A stretch of DNA of 64,000 bases from Octopus sinensis (lineage: Eukaryota), in contig NC_042998.1 of assembly GCF_006345805.1 (NCBI RefSeq), positions 191,580,001 through 191,644,000 on the forward strand. Reading direction: 5' to 3'. Shown in pieces: positions 1 through 14,157 of the stretch. The notes below the pieces were generated by a model. The model was not told the origin of the DNA, ran no database searches, and saw only the letters and a program-made list of their open reading frames with translations. Within the stretch, counting starts at the first letter, position 1, and every line of letters begins with the position of its first letter. Made by a program: the position numbers and the translations under genes.

Positions 1-14
1 AAATAGTAGTAGTA

Positions 15-29
15 ATGATAATAATAATG

Positions 30-78
<49 letters not shown>

Positions 79-110
79 TAATAATAATGATAACAATAAC
101 GATAATTTAT
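15..110. repeat. (ATA)n trinucleotide microsatellite
   Basis: Near-pure ataataata run; the poly-Ile ORF 15..197 is its artefact. Confidence 0.95.
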
Positions 111-959
111 GCAGTTGCTTTCATGTTATCAGTAAATGAATGCATAGAGAATAAAGTAATTGTCACCTTGGATAGTCTTAAATATAAACAAGAATAAAAA
201 ATAAATGTTATATGAATAGATACATAACAAAAAACATTTTCGATAGGAGAATTCTGAAACACACACACACACACACATACATCTTTTATGTAATTAGTTA
301 TGTCTATATAAAGGATACATTCAACTATTATGCAGCTAATAGTTGATATATCTACAGACCATTACTTACTCCATCAAATATTTTTGCACATTACCTTGCC
401 ACACAATAACTTAAAAATGTATTCTTAATTCTTATTATATCTCCTCCATCTTTGCTGTTTTGCTTTAACGATTATTGAGTTAATTCCATTTTTCTAAAGG
501 GAAAACTGCGATGATATATCACTATATGTTAAAAGTTAACAAAAAACAATTTTCTAACATCTATAGTTATAAAACTGTGGTCAATACAGTAGTTAGTAGA
601 ACAATAATAAAATATAAAACGGGACGTTAAAATAGTTAGGAACGAAATCAATCAAAGCAATCAAAACATCAATGGTTATTGATATTCAATTTGTGATCCA
701 ACATGTTTAAAGTAGGACGTTATCAAAGATTGTACCTATAGCAAAATATTGATTTCTACAAAGCACTTTCTGTTCTCTCAATAAATTCTTTAAAATCTAT
801 GAAATGTTTAAATTTTCGAATGCTATAAATTTAGGATCGTTCTCAGATATGTTTGTTTCTGTATACACGCACCATATGTTCGCACCATATATATATATAT
901 GCGTGTGTCTGTGTGTGTGTGTGTGTGTGTGCGCGCGCGCGCGTGTGTGTCATTTTATT

Positions 960-1195
960 CTTTTATTCTTCTACTTGTTTCAGTCATATGACTGCGATAA
1001 TGTTGGAGCACCGCCTTAAAGGGTTTTTTTAGTCGAAGAAATCGATCCTATGACTTATTCTTTGTAAGCGTAGTATTTATTCTGTTGCTCTCTTTTGCCG
1101 AACCGCTAAGTTACGGGGATGTAAACATCATCAACATCGGTTGTCAAGCGATGGTAGGGGACAAATACAGACACAAAGATACACACGCATTATAT
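960..1195 (-). mobile_element. SINE family A, 3' half
   Basis: Reverse complement of the 3' part of the copy at 1264-1684 (ttacttgtttcagtc...gccgaaccgctaagt...gttgtcaagcgatg). Confidence 0.85.
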
Positions 1196-1211
1196 TATAT
1201 GTATATGTATG

Positions 1212-1263
<52 letters not shown>

Positions 1264-1265
<2 letters not shown>

Positions 1266-1684
1266 GGCGCAGGAGTGGCTGTGTGGTAAGTAGCTTGCTA
1301 ACCAACCACATGGCTCCGGGTTCAGTCCCACTGCGTGGCATCTTGGGCAAGTGTCTTCTGCTATAGCCCCGGGCCGACCAATGCCTTGTGAGTGGATTTG
1401 GTAGACGGAAACTGAAAGAAGCCTGTCGTATATGTGTATATATATATATGTGTGTGTATGTGTGTGTGTTTGTGTGTTTGTCCCCCTAGCATTGCTTGAC
1501 AACCGATGCTGGTGTGTTTATGTCCCCGTCACTTAGCGGTTTGGCAAAAGAGACCGATAGAATAAGTACTGGGCTTACAAAGAATAAGTCCCGGGGTCGA
1601 TTTGCTCGACTAAAGGCGGTGCTCCAGCATGGCCGCAGTCAAATGACTGAAACAAGTAAAAGATAAAAGATAAAGATAAAGATA
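1264..1684 (+). mobile_element. SINE family A, full length (tRNA-like head, internal TG microsatellite, aaagat tail)
   Basis: taggcgcaggagtggctgtgtggtaag...gggttcagtcccactgcgtggc...gaaacaagtaaaaga recurs at 16059, 26015, 29757 and 48190; A/B-box-like head. Confidence 0.9.
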
Positions 1685-1752
1685 CTTTATTAAAAAGCAG
1701 CAAAGATATCACAAAATATCCTGTTCGTCGTATAGTTTTGTTTAGAATGGAA

Positions 1753-2048
1753 CAAAAATAAGGTTATATCCAAACATATACAATTGGTTTAATGGATACA
1801 CATTTGAAAATGATTTTGCTTCATTGGTCCTTTCAACTAACCGTCTTTACAATGACGGGTTGCATGCAATGAACAAATTCCCGTATAAAATCATCGTGTT
1901 ATAAAATCGAAGAATACCTTAAATCAAAAAATTGCATGCAACCGGTCATTGTAAAGACCGTTAGCAGAAAGGACCAATGAAACAAAATAATTTTCAAATG
2001 TGTTTCCATTAAACTAATTGTATATGTTTGCTTATAACCTTATTTTTG
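1753..2048. mobile_element. MITE/foldback element with ~118-bp terminal inverted repeats
   Basis: caaaaataaggttata...ttgcatgcaat (1753-1870) is the near reverse complement of attgcatgcaa...tataaccttatttttg (1931-2048); ~60-bp spacer. Confidence 0.85.
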
Positions 2049-2049
2049 C

Positions 2050-2109
2050 CTCATCCTGGTATTCGAGTACTATTTTTCCACCTTGTTTCGCATTTATGCG
2101 CTTACTCTG

Positions 2110-2115
<6 letters not shown>
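2050..2115 (+). mobile_element. 3' tail fragment of the hammerhead-bearing element family seen at 32546-32819
   Basis: ctggtattcgagtactatttttccaccttgtttcgcatttatgcgcttactctggta matches the reverse complement of 32546-32605. Confidence 0.7.
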
Positions 2116-2157
<42 letters not shown>

Positions 2158-2437
2158 CGGAAACGGAAGTGATTATCAATAGCGACAGAAGCACCATGAA
2201 TATCAGAAAGTAATCTTGATCTTCAACTTAATGTGGAGGTTGTGTGAGAACACAGAGGATCTCTCATATGGGATCGTGGTGCATAAAAAAACTATATTTT
2301 AATAATCCCATTAACTATTTGCACCACCAGTACGTGATCAGAAAATGATATCCTATTATATATACATTATATATATATATATATCCTATTATATCGTTGA
2401 CTAGAGAATCGGCTGTTATGACATGACCAGATATCTG

Positions 2438-2475
2438 CCTCTGAGGAGCTCAAAACAAAGCGAAGTCACGTGAAC
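2438..2475 (+). ncRNA. Degenerate hammerhead-like motif
   Basis: CTGAGGA, GCT-caaaacaa-AGC stem II, GAAG (GAAA expected), then self-complementary tcacgtga. Confidence 0.3.
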
Positions 2476-4846
2476 TGATAGCTCCGGCGGCTGTAGCAGA
2501 CAGTTCTCCCCTGTCAGCGATATAAATAACTGCGCATGTCTGTGCCACGAGCCCATAGAGGAGGTTCTCTCAAGGTAAAATACGCAGCTTCTACGTTAGG
2601 CTGTAGATAAAGATTAGCTTCTGAATCTTTTATTTCTTGCTTTTGAAAGGCATTTGTTTCCTTATTCCCAATTTATATATTGGTCAATGATTGTTCTGAA
2701 ACGTTTTTGCAATTAAATTAATTTAGTAACCATAACATATACAGAAATTATTAAAATACTTAAGTCATTTCAGTAATCTAAAAAATTCCTATATTCCATT
2801 TGTCGAACTTATTGAGAAAGAACGATTAAACTAACAGCGTAGTACTATTATACTGTGAAGTCATATTATTGCAAGCCATTAATTAGCATATATTTAATTC
2901 TCTTCCTTCATGTTCCTTGTCAAAAATCGTTGGATGTCTTAGTACACTTGGACTTGCTTTGATTCAACAATTATTTTTCCACACATCAAAACCAATCTTA
3001 GATCTAAAAAAGAAAAAGTAAACAGCCTAAGACATTTGACACTCAGCAACTTCAACGTAATTGTGTGAAAGTATTGAACATATAATTCATTAGCGTATTT
3101 TGTTCAACTGTATCAGATCACACTTGTGTATTTCAGTTTTAACACTGACAGATGCAGAGTGTTAAATGACCACCAAATTACATTTCCGATTGAAGTGAAC
3201 ATGTCATTATTTACATGTGTAAAGCTATACAACCTAAAGCTTAAGATGTTGGTTTCAAGGTCACGATGTCATAATTTCAGTTTCTGGAATGGAAGACGCA
3301 ATATGTCCTTCAATAATGTATCTCACTTCACATTGCCTCAGTCTACTCGGCTGAAAATGAGGACCAGTCAAGTACAATTATTACTCACTGTCTCCACAGC
3401 AGTCGCATTCTCGATATTTCGTTGGATAAAAGGATGAGAAGAGCCGAAAAGATGTCTATGACTGATCGCAACTACATAAACATCTAAAACAATTAGTGAT
3501 CGAATGACGCATGCCACCAGGCCATAATCTCTTGCAAATGACATCTATGACTTCTATACATAGAAGTGGTGTAACATGCAGAAATTACGACTGCTCGGAT
3601 TAAATTTACTACAGTTCTTACTTTTGTCCATCTATCTTCGGATACAAATACTGTTGAGGATAAGTGATTAATATATCTTCTTCAGACCTAACATTTTATA
3701 GGTTATTGATGAGATTTCAACGCATATCTCATATAGACACGGCGAAACACATGAAAAAGAATAGAATATTCTGTTAAGGCTGACTGCTATTCTAAAACTT
3801 AGCATGATTCTTAACATTTTCTTATAGTTTCTCTGAATTGACTGCCTGCCTTGTCAAATGGCAGTTAATTTCAGTGCTTAAAAATCTTCGCGCATCTGCA
3901 CTAGAAACTCTCCTGTACAGATGTTCATTTATTCACTAATGTAAAATGTCATTGATATGAATAATATGGCATCACTGAAGAACAGATGTTTGCAATCGCA
4001 TTGCTGACTGTAGAATTATATAATTTTGCATGATTATATCTGAAAGCTGGATTGACCCTCAGCTGAAATCTGCATTACATGTGAAAGCCTGCACAAAACA
4101 TTGAGGCTCCAATTTATATTGTTCAGAACTGCTGGGTTACTTTTTAGTCACTATTGTTCCCAGATTCCTTTGTTCAGAGCTGTAGTACGAGACAAGGGCG
4201 CCATTAATGGAGTAAACAGCAGAGGATGGTATTGTGGATATGGTGTACAGGATTAGGTAGACGGTTGGCAACCTAGACATGTGTCGCACTGGATCTCTGA
4301 TGTATGGACAAACCGAAATACACCTGACTTACTCTTGATACGAAGGGCCTACTTTAAGGATTAGAGTAAGTTCGGAAGATCAAGAAAGTAGCATAGCAAG
4401 CTTCAAATAAACAATCATTGAGAAACTGATGCTTCAAGTTTCCAAGAAAAGTCAAGCATCTTCAAATTCTCGCATGGAGGGCCATGCGCACCGATGCCAG
4501 TAGACATGGAACATAAAGAAAGAGAGAAAAGAAAGTGATTGTAGGCGAGAGAGTACGCCTTATTGAAACGGTAATGAATGTATAGACTAAGAGATCAGCG
4601 TCGTACATGTAGTCAAGAAGGTAGCCTCAACAGAGTGAACCTACTGTAAAATGGCTGCCTAATATACCTTAACTAACATTGTTTGTCTTAAAATAAAATA
4701 TTATGTCAATGACACGTGGGATTGCGTAACACTAAATATATTCCGCCTGAAAAAAAAATGAGATGCTCACGTTAGAAAAGCGTCGGATGAAAAGATCTAA
4801 TGCCAACACAGAAAACACATATTCCTATGTGTGTCAGTGTGTGTAT

Positions 4847-4877
<31 letters not shown>

Positions 4878-4907
4878 AGAAAGAGAGAGAGAAAGAGAGA
4901 GAGAGTC

Positions 4908-4942
<35 letters not shown>

Positions 4943-6375
4943 AAGAAAGAAAGAATAAATGAGATCAGTGAAGGTGTGTAGCGTTGTTGCTAATAGTGTT
5001 CAGCTCATTATCATAAGGTCATAGGTTCAATCCCTGAACCTGGTGGAATGCTACGTCCAGGAGCAAAGCATTTCATTTCACATTGCACATTCTGTAATGA
5101 GGTGTTATACATAATTGATGCTCTTCCTTCCATCCATCCATGGGTGTTTGTATATATTCAAAGGGAAAATATGACAGTTACTTCAAAGTTCCTGTTTAAT
5201 AGCCATCAACAGACTGCCTCATGGCACATAGACGAAATTTCGAAGTAATTCTCAGCGTTTTCCTTGTCAAAAATATAACAAATACTTTTTTATCCACCAA
5301 TTTAATGATTGACCGTTTTGATATATAATTTTATGTAAATGCAAATATATCAATAATTATCAAATATTTTCAGCACACCATTGATCTTACTGGAATGCAA
5401 ATTTCTTAGTCTGTATGTATATTCTTAGAGCAATAACTGACCAAATTAGAGTTAATATTAACCGCTATGTCTCTTCAAATTTCATTGAATGAAGTTATTA
5501 ATTCATTTTGAAAGTTACAAATTTAGAACGTATGTAGCTACCTCAAAATAATACAGTCAAATAAATTACTTCAAGATACTCGTATCGTTGTAAACGAGCC
5601 AAAATTATTTTAGAAAATAAATTTGATTTTCTACCTGGAAATTGCTATTGCCTTGAATTTTACCTGATATCAAAGAAGTGTTTAAGTTATATCTTTATGT
5701 AAGTATCCGTGTGTATGCTTGTGGATCGGAGTGTAAATATGTATGTATGAGTGTGTATGTTTTGGGAAAATCTAAATTCAGTCATATAAAACAATTATGT
5801 TCAGAAAAAATGTGTTTACAAGTGCACGTAGTCCTTCGGCTGGGACGATACAACTATATTACTTTCATTACAATCTCATAGTCTTAAACATCATTGTATG
5901 AGTTCATATGTTGGTCCACACATGATCAGTTAGTTTATATACTAACCTCCATTTAGCAAGTCATTCATGTGTTTCTACTGAGTTTCTTTACTAATAAAAA
6001 GAGGGTCAAATTCTTCAAATAAAATGCAGATTTGTTTAATGCACGGTAACTAAATCAATCCCTACGTGACCTATGATCATTTCAGATGTGACCTTTTGCA
6101 TTTTCCAGGGTTTTTTCATATAATTGAAAGATATTTGGGCGCCTGTTCTCCAAGATAAACCATCGTTGGTCGCAGGAAAGACGCAAGTCGGAATATCCAC
6201 TTAGCTGGGTTGCATTGTCTTCCCATACGATATGAATATTAAGTAGAAGCACCCCTACACGGAGTATTGATATTCAATATTCAAATTATATTGTTGGGGT
6301 GTGCGGACTATATCGAATTGTCAAAGTGCCACAATTTAAGTACCTGATTTTAGTTATATTTATTTGATACACACA

Positions 6376-6413
<38 letters not shown>

Positions 6414-7677
6414 GACAAACACACACACAAACACACACACACACATATTTATATAATGTGGTAGTTTTGGTGAAGCAATGTGAGGTTTGAGATGGAAAGA
6501 ATTTCTTGGGAAAGCCGTATGTGAAGATATTGTGTAAGCTTCATAAGGGACTTAACATACAGTTGGTACACACTGGTCCATCCCCGAAGAAAGTACTGTC
6601 GAGGAAGAATTCCACATAAAGTACCCTGGGGTGCACACTCACCAAGTATACGATCAACGACGTCAAAGCATGTACGAGGACCTATATATAATACGTGGTA
6701 GTCTGCAATAAATATGGAGCATCCTAAACAATGAAAAATATCACTTCGATCAATAAGACGTCTTAAACTAACGTCAGTGTGCTCCTAAATTAAATATGAA
6801 AAATTCTTCAAAGAAGAATAGACTAGATCATGCTCGTTTAACATTTCCATGCTGATGGTAAAATTCGAACGTAGCCTTAGACTCTTTTGTATCTGTAGGA
6901 ATCTATGAGCCTATCCCTATATGACAATAGTTTTCTTTTGTTTTTAATGGGTTAACTGGATTGCAAATACGAGACAGAGATGTCTTTGCACTGGATGCTA
7001 TTTAGTTTTCGGGAAAACCAGCCATCAACATTTCGTTATTTGTTACCATATCGAACTGATATCTAGGACACATAAAGATGTGTAAGAAAAATCAATATAA
7101 TCAATATTTTACAATTCCAACCTTATCGATGAATGTGAAAAGAATATCTTTTCCTCCTTAGAAAGGTAGCATATTTGCCTTTCATTGATATAAATCCGAC
7201 TTGTCTGTCGCCTGAATCCTTTCCTTTCAGATGTAAAACACGCACACATACACACGCGCACACGCACACACACATACACACACATACACATACACACACA
7301 CACACATACATACACACGCATGCACGCACTCGTACGGACGCACATATTCACGCATATCTCGTTGATTAGGTTCATTTCTTCTCTATTTTTTTTATTGCTT
7401 CCCTATATTTAACTCTTCTTAACTTTCACTGCCTGAAAGGAACGCTGCACATCCATGCATTTTAGAGTTATATATAATCATACGGACCGTACACACTAAT
7501 GCACGTACATATATATATATATACGTACTTGCAAGTATATATGTATATGTGTGTATATAAATATATATGTATGAATACAATTCAAATATGTATATATATA
7601 TACATATGTATTTATGTATGCATGCATGCATTTATGTATGTATGTATGTATGTATATATATATATATATATATATAT

Positions 7678-7737
<60 letters not shown>

Positions 7738-8692
7738 ATATATATATCACCTCGTACGCGGAACTGTTGAGAGCTCTAAACACCTACATATGAGAGGTCC
7801 TTCTTTCCTCGCATCCAGATTAAATGAATATTGAAAAAGCAAACTTGTTTGTTGCCAGCCAGTGAAGCATATCTCCTTCCACGGACGAACGATCAGATAT
7901 GTGACAATGAGTAAAGATAACTGATTTAAGCGGTTAATTATAAATGGTGAATACACAACGGATATGATATGATATTATCCGCGAATAAGCGCACACATAC
8001 AGTTATACAGATGCATTCATATTTGCATACCTTATCAGACACCAGTGCTCACATGAAAAAACAAACGTATACACACCTGAGTGTAGACTTTCTGCTGCTG
8101 ATATGGTCATATATTCTAACATATATAACTACAATCTCACATATGCACAAATTCGCATACAATAGAATCTTACATACAATCGAACAGTTGTATACTTGTG
8201 AGAGAAAGACCAACCGATAAGCATATCCTCATACTCTTTCATATAAATCATTGTTATATTTCTGGATGGTCATTCTTTCTTGTCAAATAAACACACGCAC
8301 TGTATATTTGTTCTTCATTCGTTTTTTTTTATTTTATTTATCTTATATCTATTTATTTATTTATTTATCTTTATGTATCTTATGTCTATTGCCAGGAAAT
8401 CTTTCGCCATACATCTGTGGCCGCTTCAGTGACTCTTTCCATTCTGAATGGACCAAGCGGAGCAGGGGGTTACACCTGAATAGAAAGGGTCGCTGAAGAG
8501 GTCACATACGTATGAGGAAAGATTTCCAGGCAATGGATATAAGATGAAATAAGAACAATAATAAACGTTTGAAGAACGAATATATAGTGCGTGTCTCTAT
8601 TTGGTAGTGGTGGGGAAGGATAAAATTCTTGAAATATAAAAATGTATGTTTCAACGCACAGTTTCAGGAATCTTGCAACACAAATTCATAAA

Positions 8693-8744
<52 letters not shown>

Positions 8745-9039
8745 ACACACACACACACACTTACACACACTTACACGCGCACATGTTTATGTATGTATGT
8801 ATGTATTATTTATAAATGACACATTCAAGACTTCCAGTTTCTGTGTGAAATATTCAATGATCGATGCATGTCATGAGCTTCTGCAAGTTTGGTGCACATT
8901 AGCAACGTAATTAAAACACTATTATAGTGCTACTGTGCATAATCTGATAATCTTCCAAACTCGTATCATTTAATAAATTCAGTCCTATATTCCCAAAGAT
9001 ATTGAGGTCTACATCTTTTGTAATCCCACGTGGTTTCTC

Positions 9040-9060
9040 TATCTATCAATCTATCTATCA

Positions 9061-9126
<66 letters not shown>

Positions 9127-9190
9127 TTATTTATCTTTAAGACGGTGCTCCAGTACGGTTACAGTCAAATGATTGAAACAAGTAAAAGAA
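9040..9190 (+). repeat. (TATC)n microsatellite followed by a SINE-A 3' terminal fragment
   Basis: ctat repeats, then ggtgctccagtacggttacagtcaaatgattgaaacaagtaaaagaat. Confidence 0.8.
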
Positions 9191-9569
9191 TATATATATA
9201 TATATATGCAATATGTCTGTGCATGTGTTCATGGTAAAGTCGTTGACGATTCAATCATCATCAAAATCAGGTTCGCCTAATCAATATCGTCCTCAGAAAT
9301 TCAGCAAAATAAATAAAAAAAAATAATCCGGTGGAGTTACCCCAGCATAATTTCGATGGCTATCTAAAACTACAACTCATAGGAAACTTCATGCTAGCAA
9401 AGCTGGAAGTATATTAGTTCAATACACTCAGCAACCGGTTTTGTCTGCCACCGTATTTGTGTACATTATACTGTACTTTTTGTTGCCTGTTTGTGATTCG
9501 CCTTTTAAGTGTTTATTTTGTCTTATATTAATGGACGATTGTCAGCTATATACTTGACAAATAGTGTAG

Positions 9570-11420
9570 GATCCGAGTTTGTACAGAAAGGTATAGTGCC
9601 CGCGCGGATGATGACTTGGAGTACAACATTTACAATGAAAGATAAAAGAAAGGGGAATATTGTGGGGAAACTACCGTACCATAGCATGGCTAAACATAAT
9701 CTGGATGATACTGACTGGAATATGTGCTGCAAATACACACTTTCCTAGCACAGGAAGAAATACTACCAACGGAACAAAAAGGATATTGGAATAGTTCTTA
9801 GGATACCAAGGATCACCTTGTCATAGATAAATCAGTTTTGAGGCATTGTAAGAACATCATACAAACATGTCTATGGCTTAGATTGACTTTAAGAATGCAT
9901 ATGATATGATGCTTCATTCTTGGATCGTTGAATGCCTGCAGTTGTTTGGTGTTGTTGACCACATCACAAATTTTCTGATGCATTGCACGAAAGACTGGAA
10001 AACCAAATTGTACTCAAGTAATGTATTCCTTGGAGAAGTTAATATTAAGAGAGGTATCTTTCAAGGCGACTCATTTTCTCCGTTACTATTTGTAATTTCA
10101 CTAATACCCATAACAATAATACCTAGGAAAGTTAGGATGGGTTACTGCTGTGGGAAGAAAGGTCCATTATTGAACAATCTTCTGTTTATGGATGACCTGA
10201 AATTGTTTGGGAAATCTGAAAAACAGATAGATTCCTTAACCAAAACAGTGCAGAAGTGTGATAGGGACATAGGTATGGAATTTGAGATTACCAAATGCTC
10301 AGTACTTAATATGAAAAGAGGGAAGAAAACAGCCTGCTGAGGATTGCGATTACCATCAGGAGAGACCATGGGTGAACCCGACGGTAGTAGGTATAGATAT
10401 TTAGGAATTTTGAAGCTGGATGACATTCTATACAGAGAAATGAAGGTCAAGGTTAGTGAGGCGTATCAAAAATGGGTGAAGATCGTGTTGAAATCCAACC
10501 TGAATGTAAAACATTTGATTATCGCAACGAATATCTGGGCACTTGCAGTGGTCAGATAAAGTGCGTCCATCCTCAAATGGACTAAGGAGGAAATATCAAC
10601 ACTGGATAGAATGACAAGAAAGTTTTTGACGCTGCATGGGGAACTACACCCTAAAGCAAATGTAAACAGTCTGTATATGAAAAGAAAGAATGGTGGCAGA
10701 GGACTAACTGGCATAGGCCATTTTATAAGGAGTGAAAGGAGTACGCTTGCCGAGTATTTGGTATATAGTGATGAAGACCTGCTGCAATATGCCACGAAAG
10801 ATATAGGTGTAAATACAGATGAAATGATGAGCAAGGAAGAGTTTAACCAAAGAGCTGAGGAGAAGAGAAAAGGAGACGTTCTTGAACTGAGAATACATGG
10901 ACAGTTTGAAAGGTATACACAGGACATTAAGGATAATACAGCATCGTAGGCATGGCTTGAGCGAGGTGATTTGAAACGTACCACCGAAAGTCTGATCATT
11001 GCTGCCCTAGACCAGCCTCTCGCTATCAATTCAGTGAAGTATAACATCTATAAAACTTCTGACACCCAGAAATGCAGACTGTGGAAAAGAGTGGAAAATG
11101 TGACCCACTTGGTAAGTGAATGGGAGAGCTTTGTACAAAAAGAATACAAGCACCACCACGGTAAAGTATGTGTTTATCTTCATTGGCTCTTATGTAGTAA
11201 ATACCAAAATGAAGTAATAGAGAACTGGTATGAGTATGTACGAAGTAAAGTTATGCATGAGGATGGAAAAGTAACGATGCTCTAGGACTATGATTTTCAG
11301 ACGGATCGTGTAATCGAACACTGTCGACCAGATATTGTCATTTTGAATAAGATAGATAAACACTGTCAGATCATTGATGAAGCCTTACCAAATAACAGGA
11401 ATGTTGTGAGTAAAGAGAAT
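9570..11420 (+). mobile_element. Decayed R4/Dong-clade non-LTR retrotransposon (RT, CCHC remnant, restriction-like endonuclease)
   Basis: Across frameshifts and stops: NYRTIAWLNIIWMILTGI, EQKG, IDFKNAYD, GIFQGDSFSPLLFVISL, NNLLFMDDLKLF, YRYLGIL, CRLW...HLVSE, HHHGKVCVYLHWLLC, RPDIVILNKIDKHCQIIDEALP. RT followed by a C-terminal PD-(D/E)xK nuclease fits R4-type elements. Confidence 0.88.
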
Positions 11421-13932
11421 TGTGTATGTAAAGTTTGGTGAAAATCGGTTCAAAACTGTAGAAATGCATGCGTATAACACATCCTTTGTTATATATAAAT
11501 ATATATTAACTGAAAGGGTAAGATAACAAAAGAATGAAAGAGACCTCGATATTATGTAAATAGAGGAATTTAACTGTAAATATAATATGTGACAACTATT
11601 CGGTAGCCATGATAAAACACCAGAAACTCGAAGTTTTATCATGTCTGCCGAATAATTGTCACATATATATATATAGATTATTGTGCAATTTCTTTTCGCT
11701 AAATTTAGCGGGTGGGTATTGCTTCGTTTCTATGGGTTTATAATACGTGTAAGTTATAATTTAGTTATTGAATTGCTTTTATTAGAATATCAAAAAAATG
11801 AAAATATCACGAATTTTGGACTATGTAAATATTTTAGTTTATAAATATATATTACTTTAATCTCTATGTAATTAATTCATTAGCCAAACAAATGGTTAAT
11901 TACCTCCTCTGATTCTAATAATAGCAATTACTGATTAGCTCCCTTAAAATATATTTGCTTCCGGATTTATTTACAAAATAACCTTCATCCTACTAACGTG
12001 GAATGAAAACTTATTATGAAATTATAAATTATCGCTAAATAATTAATCATTCTTTGCTTCAGCGAAACCGGTCGAGTATGTAAATATTTCATTTCATAAA
12101 ATACACACACACACATATATATATATATATAATATATATATATATATAATCGAGCATAACAATTCTGTGCATTTTACTTGGTTCATTTTTATTATATAAG
12201 GAATTGTATATATGTGTGTTTTCTTTTATGCAGTTATGTATAAAAACAGTTGAATATTAAGTTGGACGACCAATCAATACTTTTTAGCAAAGTATCATAT
12301 TTATTAATTTTAAAAAAATAGTTGACAATAACTTTGAAGTTGTAGTTTAAAGGATGTCATTAGATTTGTATGGTGACTATTAGTATACCAAAACTTTGAA
12401 GTCACTGTCAGCTTTTCCGTGTAGAGTTTCATATCTATACAAAGAGGAAGGGGGAATAGACAGATAGAGGGAGAGATAGATACTGACATTTGCATAGACT
12501 TATTGATATGACATATAACAGAAGACTGTATCCTAGTTGAATACATTAGCAAGTAAAATCATTCATTTCTATACATTGTCGTAGGAAGATAGCAACACGT
12601 TTGATTTCAGAATTTCTAATTTTTCTCTTTTGTCATGTCAAAATACACATAATCGCGCCTACGCAAGCACGAGTATAGCCCCAAACCAATATTTCTTTAT
12701 AGTCTGTTCATTACATATAGATTGTGAAGTACATATTCACTCTTTTCACTTTCTCTCTTTTTCTGTTTTAATATTATCCATGATCATGACCACGCGTTTA
12801 CAAATTTAAACAAAATTAAAATGGTCGAGTTTACCAGATCACGTGCATATGCAGCGTGACAAATTTTCCACAGTTTTCTTTCGTCAGTCTACTCCATCTA
12901 TTAAAACATCTATTTTTACTTATGAGTTGACTCTGAATAGAGGTCTAATTTTCAAATTAACAACTTTAGTCATACTCAATTGATTATCTGCCGCTTACCT
13001 AAATGGTGTCGCCTGAACTTTGTCTGATATTAAACATAGATCTTACAAGCCTGATACAAAAAATATGAAACAAAAACCAACGGTGCTCGCCGACATATTA
13101 GCAGGAATTCTAGCTACTCATCTACAATCAAAGCATCCAATCTTTGGGAAGAAAATAACTGAAGTCTATTGCAACAAAAATATTTTTCATCCTATGTAAC
13201 AGTAATTATTCAAAAATATTTTGGCTTCTAATAAAACGTGTAATCTTTATGTATTGTATAGTTCATTTGTTTGTAAATACCATTTCATTCATTCATACAC
13301 ATGCACGCATGCACACACATACATACACACATACACACACACACACACACAAATGGATAGTTGTTTAGGTGTATGGATGGACTCCCATGGTTTCAACGAC
13401 GAGTATGCAGTTGTTCGATTAATTGAATCACCTGCCCATTGAACATGCATGAAATTGGCTGAACATTCCACAGACACGTGTACCCTCAAAATAACGTTCA
13501 GGCAGGATAAGCGTTAAGACTGTTTTATAATGCTGTCCATTTGAATAATAGGTGAAACAGTTGGGCTTCTGTTTAGTTTCATTTACACGGTATGGATCAC
13601 AAGGTATGCAACTACTATCCTTAAAACGTGTAGCAAGTCAACAGTAAATACCAAACAAAAAAGTAATTATGTAATTATGCAAGCAGTTCCAGATTTAAAT
13701 TGAACCAAATAGCTTTGATTATATAAAAAAACAATCACTAACGAATTTAACATCAGACTCTAGCAACATAATTGCATATTTAGAAAATTGCATTTAAAAT
13801 TGGAAACACTACTAGCAATACATATCAAGATTTTGTCAAATAACAATATACACATGCTCAACTTCTTTGTGTAGTCTTTGTTCCCTAGACAGGCTAGCAA
13901 ATCTGGAAAGTAAAGTCTCACCTAATTAATAT

Positions 13933-14157
13933 CGGGCGAAATGCTTAGGTGAAATGCCGGGCGAAATGCTTAGCGGTATTTCGTCTGTTGTTACGCTCTG
14001 ATTTCAAATTCCGCCGAGGTCGACTTTGCCTTTCATCCTTTCGGGGTCGATAGATTAAGTACCAGTTACGCACTGGCGTCGATGTAATCGACTTAATCCG
14101 TTTGTCTGTTCTTGTTTGTCCCCTCTGTGTTTAGCCCCTTGTGAGCAATAAATAAAT
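13933..14157 (+). mobile_element. SINE family B, 5'-truncated, with duplicated 5' segment
   Basis: ccgggcgaaatgcttagcggtatttcg...caaattccgccgaggtcgac...tttagccccttgtg matches 29247, 37667 and 63148; cgggcgaaatgcttag occurs twice (13933, ~13958). Confidence 0.88.

Noticed and set aside
6085-6265. Minus-strand open stretch GVLLLNIHIVWEDNATQLSGYSDLRL...EKTLENAK
   Set aside because: Weak splice signals and no recognisable domain.
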